DNA of 64,000 nucleotides from an uncultured Lachnospiraceae bacterium (lineage in GTDB: Bacteria > Bacillota > Clostridia > Lachnospirales > Lachnospiraceae), in contig CANRJM010000004.1 in the NCBI GenBank assembly GCA_947630925.1, forward strand, positions 70,170 to 134,169, read 5' to 3'. Below are positions 31,194 through 39,728 of the stretch, piece after piece. Every line of letters begins with the position of its first letter. Positions within the stretch are counted from its first letter, which is position 1. The position numbers were made by a program, and so were the translations under genes. The notes under the pieces are model-generated. The model had not been told where the DNA came from. It ran no database searches and saw nothing but the letters and a program-made list of their open reading frames with translations.

Positions 31194-32303
31194 CTATCTT
31201 CTATTCTTCAAACCGTATACATACGCCAGAACCTCCGCCACCATCTGATACAATTCCGGCGGAATCTGTTCTCCCAATTCTACATTGTGATAAAGCATAC
31301 GCGCCAATGGTTTATTTTCAACAATCTCAACATCATGCGACCTTGCCACATCCTTAATCCGTTCTGCAAGATAATCCGCCCCTTTTGCAACCACTACCGG
31401 AGCATCATACTGCTCTTTATCATATTTCAATGCAACCGCAAGATGCGTCGGGTTCGTAATGACAACGTCTGCCTCCGGCACTGCATTCATCATCCTGCGC
31501 TGTGATGCCTGACGCATAACCTGACGCTGCCTGCTTTTTACTTTCGGATCTCCTTCTGCCTGTTTATATTCATCTTTTACTTCCTGTTTGGTCATCATCA
31601 TGTCCTTGTGGAACTTCCACTTCTGATAAAAGATATCCGCTACGCCAATGACCAGAAATAAAATTGCCACACGCAGGCCAATGTCAAGCACAATATTTCC
31701 AATCATATCAATTGACTGCTGCAGACTGAAATCATACATATCCATCAGGAGGCCCCATTTATCGCCCAGCACACTATAGACAACGGCAACCAGAACGACC
31801 TGCTTTGCAATCGAAGTGAGCAGCATAATAAGCTTATCTTTTGAAAAAAGACGTTTAACGCCACTGATTGGATTAAATTTACTCAGCTTCGGCTTTAACG
31901 GTTCTGTCGATATCTTCCATTTTACCTGTACCAGAATTACTATGATACTGGTAAAAAAAGATAACAGCAAAAACGGAGCAATCAACTCAACGACCCTAAC
32001 CAATCCGTCTCCGAGTATGGAAGACGCACGCTGAGTTGTAAATTCATCCCTGGTATAATCTGAAATATGTCCATATATATTGTTGTAATTTTCTAACAGG
32101 CGATTGCCTAACATACCTATATAAATTTTTAATACGCCAAAAAATACCAGCAAAGATACCGCTGCCGTCAAATCAACACTCTTGGCAACCTGCCCCTTAT
32201 TTCTGGCGTTCCTGAGTTTCTTTGCGGTTGGTTCTTCTGTCTTTTCGCCGCCCGCGCCTTCCTTTGCAAATAACTGAAGATCATATTTCATATAAGGCAT
32301 CAT
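31194..32303 (-). CDS. flhB: Flagellar export switch protein FlhB
   Basis: ...DLQLFAKEGAGGEKTEEPTAKKL at the N-terminus, and the NPTH autocleavage site (VVITNPTHLAVAL). The ATG at 32303 has an AAGGAAA RBS; alternative starts are 32324 and 32291. Confidence 0.93.
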   Translation of the reverse strand: MMPYMKYDLQLFAKEGAGGEKTEEPTAKKLRNARNKGQVAKSVDLTAAVSLLVFFGVLKIYIGMLGNRLLENYNNIYGHISDYTRDEFTTQRASSILGDGLVRVVELIAPFLLLSFFTSIIVILVQVKWKISTEPLKPKLSKFNPISGVKRLFSKDKLIMLLTSIAKQVVLVAVVYSVLGDKWGLLMDMYDFSLQQSIDMIGNIVLDIGLRVAILFLVIGVADIFYQKWKFHKDMMMTKQEVKDEYKQAEGDPKVKSRQRQVMRQASQRRMMNAVPEADVVITNPTHLAVALKYDKEQYDAPVVVAKGADYLAERIKDVARSHDVEIVENKPLARMLYHNVELGEQIPPELYQMVAEVLAYVYGLKNRR

Positions 32304-32336
32304 GACTATTTCCTTTTTTAGCATATATATAAAAAT

Positions 32337-32365
32337 ATAATACCCTATTTGCGGTAAAATAGCAA
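32337..32365 (-). promoter_or_regulatory. Sigma-A type promoter immediately upstream of flhB
   Basis: On the minus strand, TTGCTA (32360-32365), 17-nt spacer, TATTAT (32337-32342). Confidence 0.55.
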
Positions 32366-32376
32366 ACTTTGTTCGT

Positions 32377-32429
32377 AAAAAAATACAATAGAAAAATTTT
32401 CTAACCTGAAATTTTCCTATTGTATTTTT
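32377..32429 (-). terminator. Terminator-like long AT-rich hairpin with a U-tract, directly after the fliR stop
   Basis: About 20 paired positions (32384-32400 / 32408-32424, one mismatch) with loop CTAACCT. A7 on the plus strand (32377-32383) gives U7 in the RNA. Confidence 0.5.
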
Positions 32430-33209
32430 CTAAGACGCCATGGACTGCATAAAAAGCTTTGTCAAAAGCTGCATCTCCTCAAAGAGAAAATCGGTAATTC
32501 CCGGCAGAAACGAGATAATGATCAATAATAACGCCAGACCGGAAAAAACCTTTAACTGCATACCAATAACAAACATATTCATCTGCGGTGCAACCTTAGC
32601 CAAAATCCCCAAAACCACATTTAAGATCAGGGTACAGGCAAAAAGCGGCAAAATAATTCGAAAACCAATGACAAAATAATCTACGATATATTTGGTAAAA
32701 ATCTGATAGAGCGATGGCGAAAATACGGATTGGCCAATCGGCAGCAATTCATAAGAATCAAACAGAGCGTCCAAAATGAAATATTGTAAATCCGATGCTA
32801 AAAACATCAGCATAAATAATGCAGTAAATAAAGTAGAAGAAATCGTCGTCTGCACTTGGGTAGTAGGATCAAACTCCATAGCCATGGCAAATCCAATCTC
32901 CATATCGACCATATGGCCGGAAAAATTCAAAATATAAAGGCAGATCGCCGAACCGAAGCCAATCAGAATACCGGTGATTGCCTCTTTCAGAATGAGAATG
33001 CTATACCCCAGCATACCGTCATAAGATACCGAGGTATAATCTGTCATATTCATGACAAGTAACGATAAAAAAAAGGAAATTGCCGCCTTTGTCCGCATCG
33101 GTACATTGGTATTATTAAAAAAAGGCGCTACAAATACAATAGCAGTAATACGAGCAAATACTAAAAAAGCATATTCCACATAATCTAATGAATAACTCAA
33201 TTTGCTCAC
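32430..33209 (-). CDS. fliR: Flagellar export apparatus protein FliR
   Basis: 259 aa polytopic membrane protein (FLVFARITAIVFVAPFF...). GTG at 33209, or TTG at 33200. Located after fliQ. Confidence 0.9.
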   Translation of the reverse strand: MSKLSYSLDYVEYAFLVFARITAIVFVAPFFNNTNVPMRTKAAISFFLSLLVMNMTDYTSVSYDGMLGYSILILKEAITGILIGFGSAICLYILNFSGHMVDMEIGFAMAMEFDPTTQVQTTISSTLFTALFMLMFLASDLQYFILDALFDSYELLPIGQSVFSPSLYQIFTKYIVDYFVIGFRIILPLFACTLILNVVLGILAKVAPQMNMFVIGMQLKVFSGLALLLIIISFLPGITDFLFEEMQLLTKLFMQSMAS

Positions 33210-33226
33210 TCCTAACCTTTTTGCTT

Positions 33227-33496
33227 CTACTTAATCAAACTGGGAATCTGCTCCATAATGTCAACAAGCAGAGTTGCCACTTTATTCATAATCCAACTTC
33301 CGCATAACAGCAATATCAGCATAATCGCGATAAACTTCGGAACAAAGGTCAAAGTCTGTTCCTGAAGCGATGTGATCGTCTGCAAAATGCTGACTATCAG
33401 GCCAATAATCAGCGAAACAACCAGTAAAGGCGCTGATGTCTCTATCACAGTCATAATCGTTGTATGGGAAATATCGATAATATTCTCCGGACTCAT
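33227..33496 (-). CDS. fliQ: Flagellar export apparatus protein FliQ
   Basis: 89 aa with two TM helices. ...APLLVVSLIIGLIVSILQTITSLQEQTLTFVPK. Confidence 0.9.
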   Translation of the reverse strand: MSPENIIDISHTTIMTVIETSAPLLVVSLIIGLIVSILQTITSLQEQTLTFVPKFIAIMLILLLCGSWIMNKVATLLVDIMEQIPSLIK

Positions 33497-33541
33497 TTCT
33501 ACCTCTTTTCTATTTCTTTACCAACATCAAACCATTCCGCT

Positions 33542-34393
33542 CTATTGGAAAGAAGCCACCAACTGTCCTATAACCAGATTCCATCCGTCTGCCAGAATAA
33601 ATAACAAAATCTTAAACGGAAGGGAAATCGTAGTCGGGGGAAGCATCATCATACCCATCGACATCAATGTGGCCGCTACCACCATATCCATAACAATAAA
33701 TGGCAGATAAAGAAGAAATCCAATAATAAACGCAGTTCGCAGTTCACTGATAATAAATGCCGGAATTACTGTTGTAAGCGGTATATCATCATAGCTTTCC
33801 AACTGATCCGAAGACTGGTTATTGATTGTCATAAACATCTTCAAATCCTTGTCTCTGGTCTGCTTTAGCATAAACTCACGAATCGGGGCAATTCCCTGTT
33901 TTATGGCTGCATCCTGGTCAACCTTCCCGGAAATAAAGGGCTGTACTGCATCATCATTGACCTGCGTAATAACAGGAGACATAACCGCCAGCGTAATGAA
34001 CAGCGCCAGACCGACCATAACCTGATTTGGTGGCGTCGTTTGCGTTCCCAACGCCGTCCGCAGAAAATGCAGGACAACGATAATCCTTGTAAAGGACGTC
34101 AACATAATCAGGATAGACGGTGCAAGCGACAACGCCGTCAGTATCAATAAAATCTGCAGGGTTGCCTCCAGATTTGTGCTTCCCGCATTAGAAGAAATAT
34201 TTAATTCAAAAGAATCGTCATTATCCGGCACGCCGTCAATTTCGTTCTGTGTTGTAGAATCTATACTATTTCCGTTTCTGCTTGTTGCACGAACATACGC
34301 CGGATTTGCCGCAACAAAAATTGTGACAAACAGAACGATTGTTATCAAAAATCGAATCAGCGATTTTTTCTTCCTACTCTTCGTATGCTTCAT
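33542..34393 (-). CDS. fliP: Flagellar export apparatus protein FliP
   Basis: 283 aa. SFTRIIVVLHFLRTALGTQTTPPNQV and MLPPTTISLPFKILLF are FliP signatures. Confidence 0.93.
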   Translation of the reverse strand: MKHTKSRKKKSLIRFLITIVLFVTIFVAANPAYVRATSRNGNSIDSTTQNEIDGVPDNDDSFELNISSNAGSTNLEATLQILLILTALSLAPSILIMLTSFTRIIVVLHFLRTALGTQTTPPNQVMVGLALFITLAVMSPVITQVNDDAVQPFISGKVDQDAAIKQGIAPIREFMLKQTRDKDLKMFMTINNQSSDQLESYDDIPLTTVIPAFIISELRTAFIIGFLLYLPFIVMDMVVAATLMSMGMMMLPPTTISLPFKILLFILADGWNLVIGQLVASFQ

Positions 34394-34449
34394 GGTCCTA
34401 ACTGCTCTCCCTGTTCTTTAAAAATGCTCTGTCTGCATTTTTTATAATC

Positions 34450-34809
34450 TTACTTATTATCTTTCACTTTCATCAGGATATCCTTAAAAGATTTTCCAGA
34501 TGTCTCCGGCGGCGCCGTAATGGTAAGCTCTTCTTCCTTTAGTTCCGTTAACAATACCGCATTGTCTTTCAGTAGAAGAAAGGAAACATATTTATTGCCA
34601 ATCTTTGCAATGATAATATTTTTCCCCGGCGATAGCTGCTGCGACTCAAGAATGGATATATTTGCCGTCCTGGCATTCACATACCCGGACTTTGCATACC
34701 ATTTTGTAAAATAATGCGCTGCAATCAAAAGAAGGAAAAATACAAGTAACAGCAAAACTAATTTAAAAACGCTGGCAAGCGTAGATATCCCATATAAACT
34801 TACAAGCAT
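34450..34809 (-). CDS. fliO: Flagellar biosynthesis protein FliO/FliZ
   Basis: 119 aa with a single TM helix. Located between fliY and fliP. Confidence 0.65.
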   Translation of the reverse strand: MLVSLYGISTLASVFKLVLLLLVFFLLLIAAHYFTKWYAKSGYVNARTANISILESQQLSPGKNIIIAKIGNKYVSFLLLKDNAVLLTELKEEELTITAPPETSGKSFKDILMKVKDNK

Positions 34810-34830
34810 AACTACACCTCCAGCATTTTA

Positions 34831-35964
34831 TTATTTCGAAATTTCCACTAAGCGAATACCAAAGTTTTCTTCAATGACAACCACTTCGCCTTTCGCTACA
34901 AACTTACCATTTACCAAAACATCAACCGGCTCTCCCGCTAATTTATTCAGCTCCAGAATCGTTCCTGGCGAAAAATCCAATATCTCCTTAATCGACTTAT
35001 TGGAACGACCAAGCTCAACCGTTACTTCTAACGGAACATCCATGATCAGGTCAATATTTTCCTGCTGCAGCAACGGACTGATTCCAGGATTAAAGTTCTG
35101 GAACTGTGCAGGCTGTACATTGACATTCTGCGCAGGCATCATATACGGCTGCTGCATCTGCATTGCACTCGGATCCGGCATTTGTACCGGCTGCTGCATC
35201 TGCGGCATAGGCGTTGCCTGCGGTGAAGCTGCCGGCTGTGGCGCTGCTTCCGCTGCCGGCTGTGGCGCCGGAGACGCTTCTTCCGTAACCACATCACTAT
35301 TTATCATAAACTTACCGATAATCTCTTTTGCAAAGTCAAACGGATACAACTGCATAATCTGACTGTCAATCAAATCGCCGATTTTCATATCGAATGCAAC
35401 CTGAACAACTTCATCCTTTAAAAATGTAGAAATTGATATATCATCAATCGTATCGTTCAAATCCACCAGACTGGCAGTAGGCGGACTGATATCAATTTTC
35501 TTCTCTAACATGGAAGAAAGCGATGTGGCTGCAGAACCCATCATCTGGTTCATTGCCTCGCTGATTGCACTCAGATGCAATTCAGACAGTTCTCCATCGA
35601 CATTGCTTCCATCGCCTCCCATCATCAAATCCGTAATAATTTTAACATCCGATTCCTTTAAAATCAGAATATTATTACCATCAATTCCTTCAATATAGGA
35701 AATATGTATAAAAACACATGGTCTGTCATATTGCTTTGATAACTCATCTATCGAAACATAAGAAACGCGCGGAGTCGTAATAGTAACTTTGTTGTTTAAC
35801 AGTGTTGACAAGGTTGTTGCTGCTGTCCCCATATTGATATTCGCAATCTCACCGACAGCATCCCGTTCTGTAGCTGTTAATTTTTCATCTCCCGCCGGCT
35901 CAGCTGATGATGCATTTCCACCTGTTAACGCATCAATTTCTTCCTGAGATAACATTCCATCCAT
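34831..35964 (-). CDS. fliY: Flagellar motor switch protein/phosphatase FliY (CheC-like plus FliN domains)
   Basis: N-terminal LSQEEIDAL peptide. CheC-type motifs are GEIANINMGTAATTLS and SEAMNQMMGSAATSLS. The C-terminal FliN domain is VELGRSNKSIKEILDFSPGTILELNKLAGEPVDVLVNGK. Confidence 0.87.
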   Translation of the reverse strand: MDGMLSQEEIDALTGGNASSAEPAGDEKLTATERDAVGEIANINMGTAATTLSTLLNNKVTITTPRVSYVSIDELSKQYDRPCVFIHISYIEGIDGNNILILKESDVKIITDLMMGGDGSNVDGELSELHLSAISEAMNQMMGSAATSLSSMLEKKIDISPPTASLVDLNDTIDDISISTFLKDEVVQVAFDMKIGDLIDSQIMQLYPFDFAKEIIGKFMINSDVVTEEASPAPQPAAEAAPQPAASPQATPMPQMQQPVQMPDPSAMQMQQPYMMPAQNVNVQPAQFQNFNPGISPLLQQENIDLIMDVPLEVTVELGRSNKSIKEILDFSPGTILELNKLAGEPVDVLVNGKFVAKGEVVVIEENFGIRLVEISK

Positions 35965-35967
35965 AAC

Positions 35968-36948
35968 CTACTGCTCCTCCCTTATTATTGAAGTGACTCT
36001 GACAGCATATGAGTTCGAAGCCGCGCCCGGCAAAGCGCTGAACTTCTTAATATTTCCCACATATACGTCTAACTCATCATCCACTTTCGTATCTAATTTA
36101 ATTATATCGCCTAACTGTAAATTTGCAAAATCATTTACAGAGATAGAACTCCTTCCCAACATAGCACGCACCGGAAGCTTGGCATAATCAATAATGTTCT
36201 GAATGGCATCCTGATATTTTCCGGAGGAATCTTCTTTCATTGCAGAATACCAATATTTTGTATTCAGTTTATCAATAACCGGTTCTACGCAGGAGTATGG
36301 GACACAGATATTCATCAATCCCTCAATATCGCCAATCTTAAGGTTCAGCGTTACAATTGCCGTCATTTCGCTCGGCGAAATAAACTGAGCAAACTGGGAA
36401 TTCGTCTCAATACGTTCCAGCCTTGGTTCGATTGAAACCACACTGCTCCACGGTTCAATCAACAGATTGGTACAAATTTCCATGATTCTTTCCAGGATCA
36501 CCAATTCAATTTCTGTAAACTCTCTACTTTTTTCCAGAGGATTACCAAAACCTCCAAGCATTCTGTCAACAATCGCAAAGCCTAAATTTGCCGCTAATTC
36601 TATAATGATAGTACCATCTAAAGGTGCAAAATTTACAACTCCCAACAATACAGGGTTTGATAATGCATTTGAAAATTCCGAGTAGGTATTTGCTTCTGCA
36701 TTCATTACCTCTACCTGTACATTCTTTCGGAGATATGCCGGCATATTGGTAGAAAGCAAACGTCCGTAATTCTCAAAAATAATCTCTAAAGTCCGCAAAT
36801 GATCTTTAGAAAACTTAGATGGTCTGGCAAAATCATAATTTTTGACAGTCTTTTCCTGCGTTTCATCCAACTCGTCCGGATTTAACTCGCCGGTACTCAA
36901 TGCATTGAGAAGACTATCAATCTCGGCTTGAGATAAGGTATCTCCCAT
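35968..36948 (-). CDS. fliM: Flagellar motor switch protein FliM
   Basis: MGDTLSQAEIDSLL is the CheY-P binding peptide, followed by a FliM middle domain. The ATG at 36948 has GAGGTGG upstream. Confidence 0.9.
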   Translation of the reverse strand: MGDTLSQAEIDSLLNALSTGELNPDELDETQEKTVKNYDFARPSKFSKDHLRTLEIIFENYGRLLSTNMPAYLRKNVQVEVMNAEANTYSEFSNALSNPVLLGVVNFAPLDGTIIIELAANLGFAIVDRMLGGFGNPLEKSREFTEIELVILERIMEICTNLLIEPWSSVVSIEPRLERIETNSQFAQFISPSEMTAIVTLNLKIGDIEGLMNICVPYSCVEPVIDKLNTKYWYSAMKEDSSGKYQDAIQNIIDYAKLPVRAMLGRSSISVNDFANLQLGDIIKLDTKVDDELDVYVGNIKKFSALPGAASNSYAVRVTSIIREEQ

Positions 36949-37090
36949 AATTTCCACCTCACACCTGAACCTGACCACGCCATACCGCTATGGAAATAAA
37001 TTCAGTTTTTTTCGTACTATACTGTGAATTTTTCACTCACAGCCCTGTCGCATCTTCACATATTCCGTATGCTCAGCCTGCTATTATATT

Positions 37091-37119
37091 ATCATACCAT
37101 ATTTCCGCATATAACGCAA
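37091..37119 (-). promoter_or_regulatory. Candidate internal sigma-A type promoter upstream of fliM
   Basis: On the minus strand, TTGCGT (37114-37119), 17-nt spacer, TATGAT (37091-37096). It lies in a 237-nt non-coding gap. Confidence 0.45.
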
Positions 37120-37131
37120 AGTAATTTTTTA

Positions 37132-37165
37132 CCTGCAGATCTGTTGGAAAACAGCGGAATGCAGG
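37132..37165 (-). other. Stem-loop just downstream of fliL
   Basis: CCTGCA pairs with TGCAGG as the outer stem, and CTGTT with AACAG as the inner stem. No clear U-tract. Confidence 0.4.
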
Positions 37166-37185
37166 AAATCCAACAAAAACCTCTT

Positions 37186-37704
37186 TTATTGCGTAACATA
37201 CCCATCTAATACTAACTGTACGGCTACTTTGGAATCCAAAGACTTCTGAATTTCTTCTAACCCTTCCTTTTCAATCAGAGCCTGTGTTGCGTCCGTCTTT
37301 GTATGGGACTGGATTACCGTGGAAATAATTCCTGTGATCTGTGCCTGATCTGCTGTCAATACCTCATTGACATCATCAAAATCATCTGCATTTTTATTCA
37401 GATACAGGGTGTAGCCTTTTAACATGGCATAGTGCTCTTTCCCATCACTCCCTGCCGCCAGATTATATGTCTGCTGCGATTCCCAGGAAACCGTGATCGG
37501 CGATTTGTCAGACATCTTTACCTCTGCATCTGCTGACGCAGCTTCATCCGCATCCAAATCCAAATTTAACACAGTTGCAACCTGAGACATTAAACGATTG
37601 GTCTTTTGAAATGTCGGCAGCATGACAAAAAACAGGACTGCTGTTAAAACAACGTTGATAACAGTCAAAGCAGTGATAATAACGCTAAAAATATTTTTTT
37701 TCAT
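37186..37704 (-). CDS. fliL: Flagellar basal body-associated protein FliL
   Basis: 172 aa with an N-terminal TM helix. Located between motB and fliM. The assignment rests mainly on architecture and synteny. Confidence 0.65.
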   Translation of the reverse strand: MKKNIFSVIITALTVINVVLTAVLFFVMLPTFQKTNRLMSQVATVLNLDLDADEAASADAEVKMSDKSPITVSWESQQTYNLAAGSDGKEHYAMLKGYTLYLNKNADDFDDVNEVLTADQAQITGIISTVIQSHTKTDATQALIEKEGLEEIQKSLDSKVAVQLVLDGYVTQ

Positions 37705-37742
37705 AATGTTTCCTTTCTATGGTGTTTTTTTGCTGTAACAGC

Positions 37743-38549
37743 CTAATCCACATCATTATATATTTTTATCTCAACGCGGCGGTTCTTGGATCTTCCCTCC
37801 GCCGTTTTATTACTTGCTATCGGATCAACCGAGCCCCTGCCGGAAGCTTCCACATGTTTTTTGGATAAATGTTTTGTCTCCGTCAGATATTCCAATACTT
37901 TTGTTGCACGGGCAGTAGAAAGCCACAGGTTACTCTCATATTTTGAATTACTGATTGGTACATTGTCGGTATGCCCCTCAATTTTAATCTGCCTGTCCTC
38001 GTAAGATTTCAGGATACTTGCTACACGGCTTAAAATCTGCTTTGCACCAGACTGTATCTCAGCGCTTCCCGACTCGAAAAGCACGCCTCCGCTCAACGAA
38101 AGCATAACATAATCATAACCATCATCAATCGTAACTGCTACGGCATCGGAGACACGGTTTGTCTCCGATGTCTCAACAATATCGCTGTACATTTGTTCGA
38201 TTTCCGTCTGCTTCTTTTGCTGCTGCTGTTGCTGATACTGCGTATAGGGATCCTCCTCTGACTGGGAATCCGCAGCCTTACCCATATCCGTATAATAATC
38301 ATCCAGATTGCTAAGCTGGGTTGCCCCGCTGGAAATCAAATTTCCTTCTCCCAGGGACATTGCGCCGCCCTGAAAAATACTAAAACTGTTGGACATGGAT
38401 GCAACCAGTTCCGCATACTTTACTGTATCCACATTGGACATGGAAAATAACAATACGAAAAAACAGAGCAAAAGATTCATCAAGTCTGAAAAAGTATCTT
38501 TCCAGCCATCGGTTCTGATTTCCTCTTCCTGCTTCCTTTCCTTTGCCAT
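37743..38549 (-). CDS. motB: Flagellar stator protein MotB (OmpA-like C-terminus)
   Basis: DLMNLLLCFFVLLFSMS is the TM helix with the conserved Asp. The OmpA-like region is GHTDNVPI...SNLWLSTARA...NRRVEI. Confidence 0.87.
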   Translation of the reverse strand: MAKERKQEEEIRTDGWKDTFSDLMNLLLCFFVLLFSMSNVDTVKYAELVASMSNSFSIFQGGAMSLGEGNLISSGATQLSNLDDYYTDMGKAADSQSEEDPYTQYQQQQQQKKQTEIEQMYSDIVETSETNRVSDAVAVTIDDGYDYVMLSLSGGVLFESGSAEIQSGAKQILSRVASILKSYEDRQIKIEGHTDNVPISNSKYESNLWLSTARATKVLEYLTETKHLSKKHVEASGRGSVDPIASNKTAEGRSKNRRVEIKIYNDVD

Positions 38550-39370
38550 TAGCTTTCACCACCTTCAGTTGCCGCATTGGCATTGTTTGCCTCCGCTCCA
38601 ATTCCTTCTCTGGTGTTTGGCGCCAGGAATGACTTCAGTTTTTCCTCGATTACTCGTGGATTTTCTCCTGCCTGAATTGACAAAAGTCCCTCTACCATAA
38701 CTTCTTTTATGGAAATCTCCAGCTCGTTATTGCTCTTGAGTTTAAAGGAAATCGGGATACAAATCCAGTTAGAAAGCAAAGAACCATATAAGGTTGTCAG
38801 CAGGGCGACCGCCATATTCGGTCCGATGGAAGACATATCTTCCATGTTATACAACATGTTTACCAACCCGATCAGGGTACCGATCATACCCCATGCAGGT
38901 CCCATGCCTCCCCATTTTGCCCAGAAACTGATCTTTTCATTGTGACGTCTGTCCAGAGACAATAATTCCGTCTCCATAATATTGCGAACCAATTCAGGAT
39001 CCGTACCATCCACAATCAGCATAATTCCCTTTTTCAGGAACTCATCCTCAATATTATTTGCCATCTCCTCCAGAGCCAGCAGACCTTCCTTACGCGCCAC
39101 ATTTGATAATCTGACAATATTATTGATTACCTCAGCCTCATCCTCTGTCGGCTGCTTCAGCGCCAGTTTAAAGGACTTTACACTCGCTAAAAACCCCGGA
39201 ATGCTCTTTGCCTGCATGAACATACAAATCGTTGAACCGCCCATGGTAATGATGACCGATGGTATATCGGCGAAATGCGGCAGACCTGCCATGCCATCAA
39301 CGCCGGTAATAATACCAAAGAATACGATGAGCGCGCCGCCCACTAATCCTATTATTGTTGCAATATCCAA
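38549..39370 (-). CDS. motA: Flagellar stator protein MotA
   Basis: The TTG at 39370 gives the typical M-DIATIIGLVGG N-terminus, with AGGTGG 8 nt upstream; the ORF-track start is the GTG at 39382. The C-terminal TM pair is GMIGTLIGL...ALLTTLYG. Confidence 0.9.
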   Translation of the reverse strand: MDIATIIGLVGGALIVFFGIITGVDGMAGLPHFADIPSVIITMGGSTICMFMQAKSIPGFLASVKSFKLALKQPTEDEAEVINNIVRLSNVARKEGLLALEEMANNIEDEFLKKGIMLIVDGTDPELVRNIMETELLSLDRRHNEKISFWAKWGGMGPAWGMIGTLIGLVNMLYNMEDMSSIGPNMAVALLTTLYGSLLSNWICIPISFKLKSNNELEISIKEVMVEGLLSIQAGENPRVIEEKLKSFLAPNTREGIGAEANNANAATEGGES

Positions 39371-39400
39371 AACGTACACCACCTTATGTAATAATTAATC

Positions 39401-39598
39401 TTATTCCATCAAATTTCCAGAATTACATTCAATCTTATATAATTTTACTAGATTTTTTATCATCTGTCTACTTTCTTTTACAATTATTTTTTTCCCGGTC
39501 GTCAGAGTAATGACTGTATCGGGTGTTTCTTCTACCGTCTCAATCAATTCTGCATTGACAGTAATTTCTTTGCCATTGAGCTTTGTAACATCAATCAT
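39401..39598 (-). CDS. flbD: Flagellar protein FlbD
   Basis: 65 aa. MIDVTKLNGKEITVNAELIETVEETPDTVITLTTGKKIIVKES. Confidence 0.8.
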   Translation of the reverse strand: MIDVTKLNGKEITVNAELIETVEETPDTVITLTTGKKIIVKESRQMIKNLVKLYKIECNSGNLME

Positions 39599-39642
39599 GT
39601 GTTTCCCTCCGTTAAAAATGCCTTCTCCAAATCATTTACATG

Positions 39643-39679
39643 AATAGAGGAGCGACTTTTCTCCAAGCGCTCCTCTATT
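39643..39679 (-). other. Perfect 12-bp stem-loop between flgE and flbD
   Basis: AATAGAGGAGCG pairs with CGCTCCTCTATT, with a 13-nt loop and no U-tract. Confidence 0.55.
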
Positions 39680-39728
39680 TACCTTGCATTCCTAAACGGC
39701 TATGCATACTGAGCCATACTAATATCAA

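Noticed and set aside
39264-39271. A GCCGATAT sigma-28 -10-like motif on the minus strand inside motA, and CCGATAA at about 44030 inside fliK
   Set aside because: Both lie within coding sequence, and neither has a TAAA -35 element at the required spacing of about 15 nt. They are most likely chance matches.
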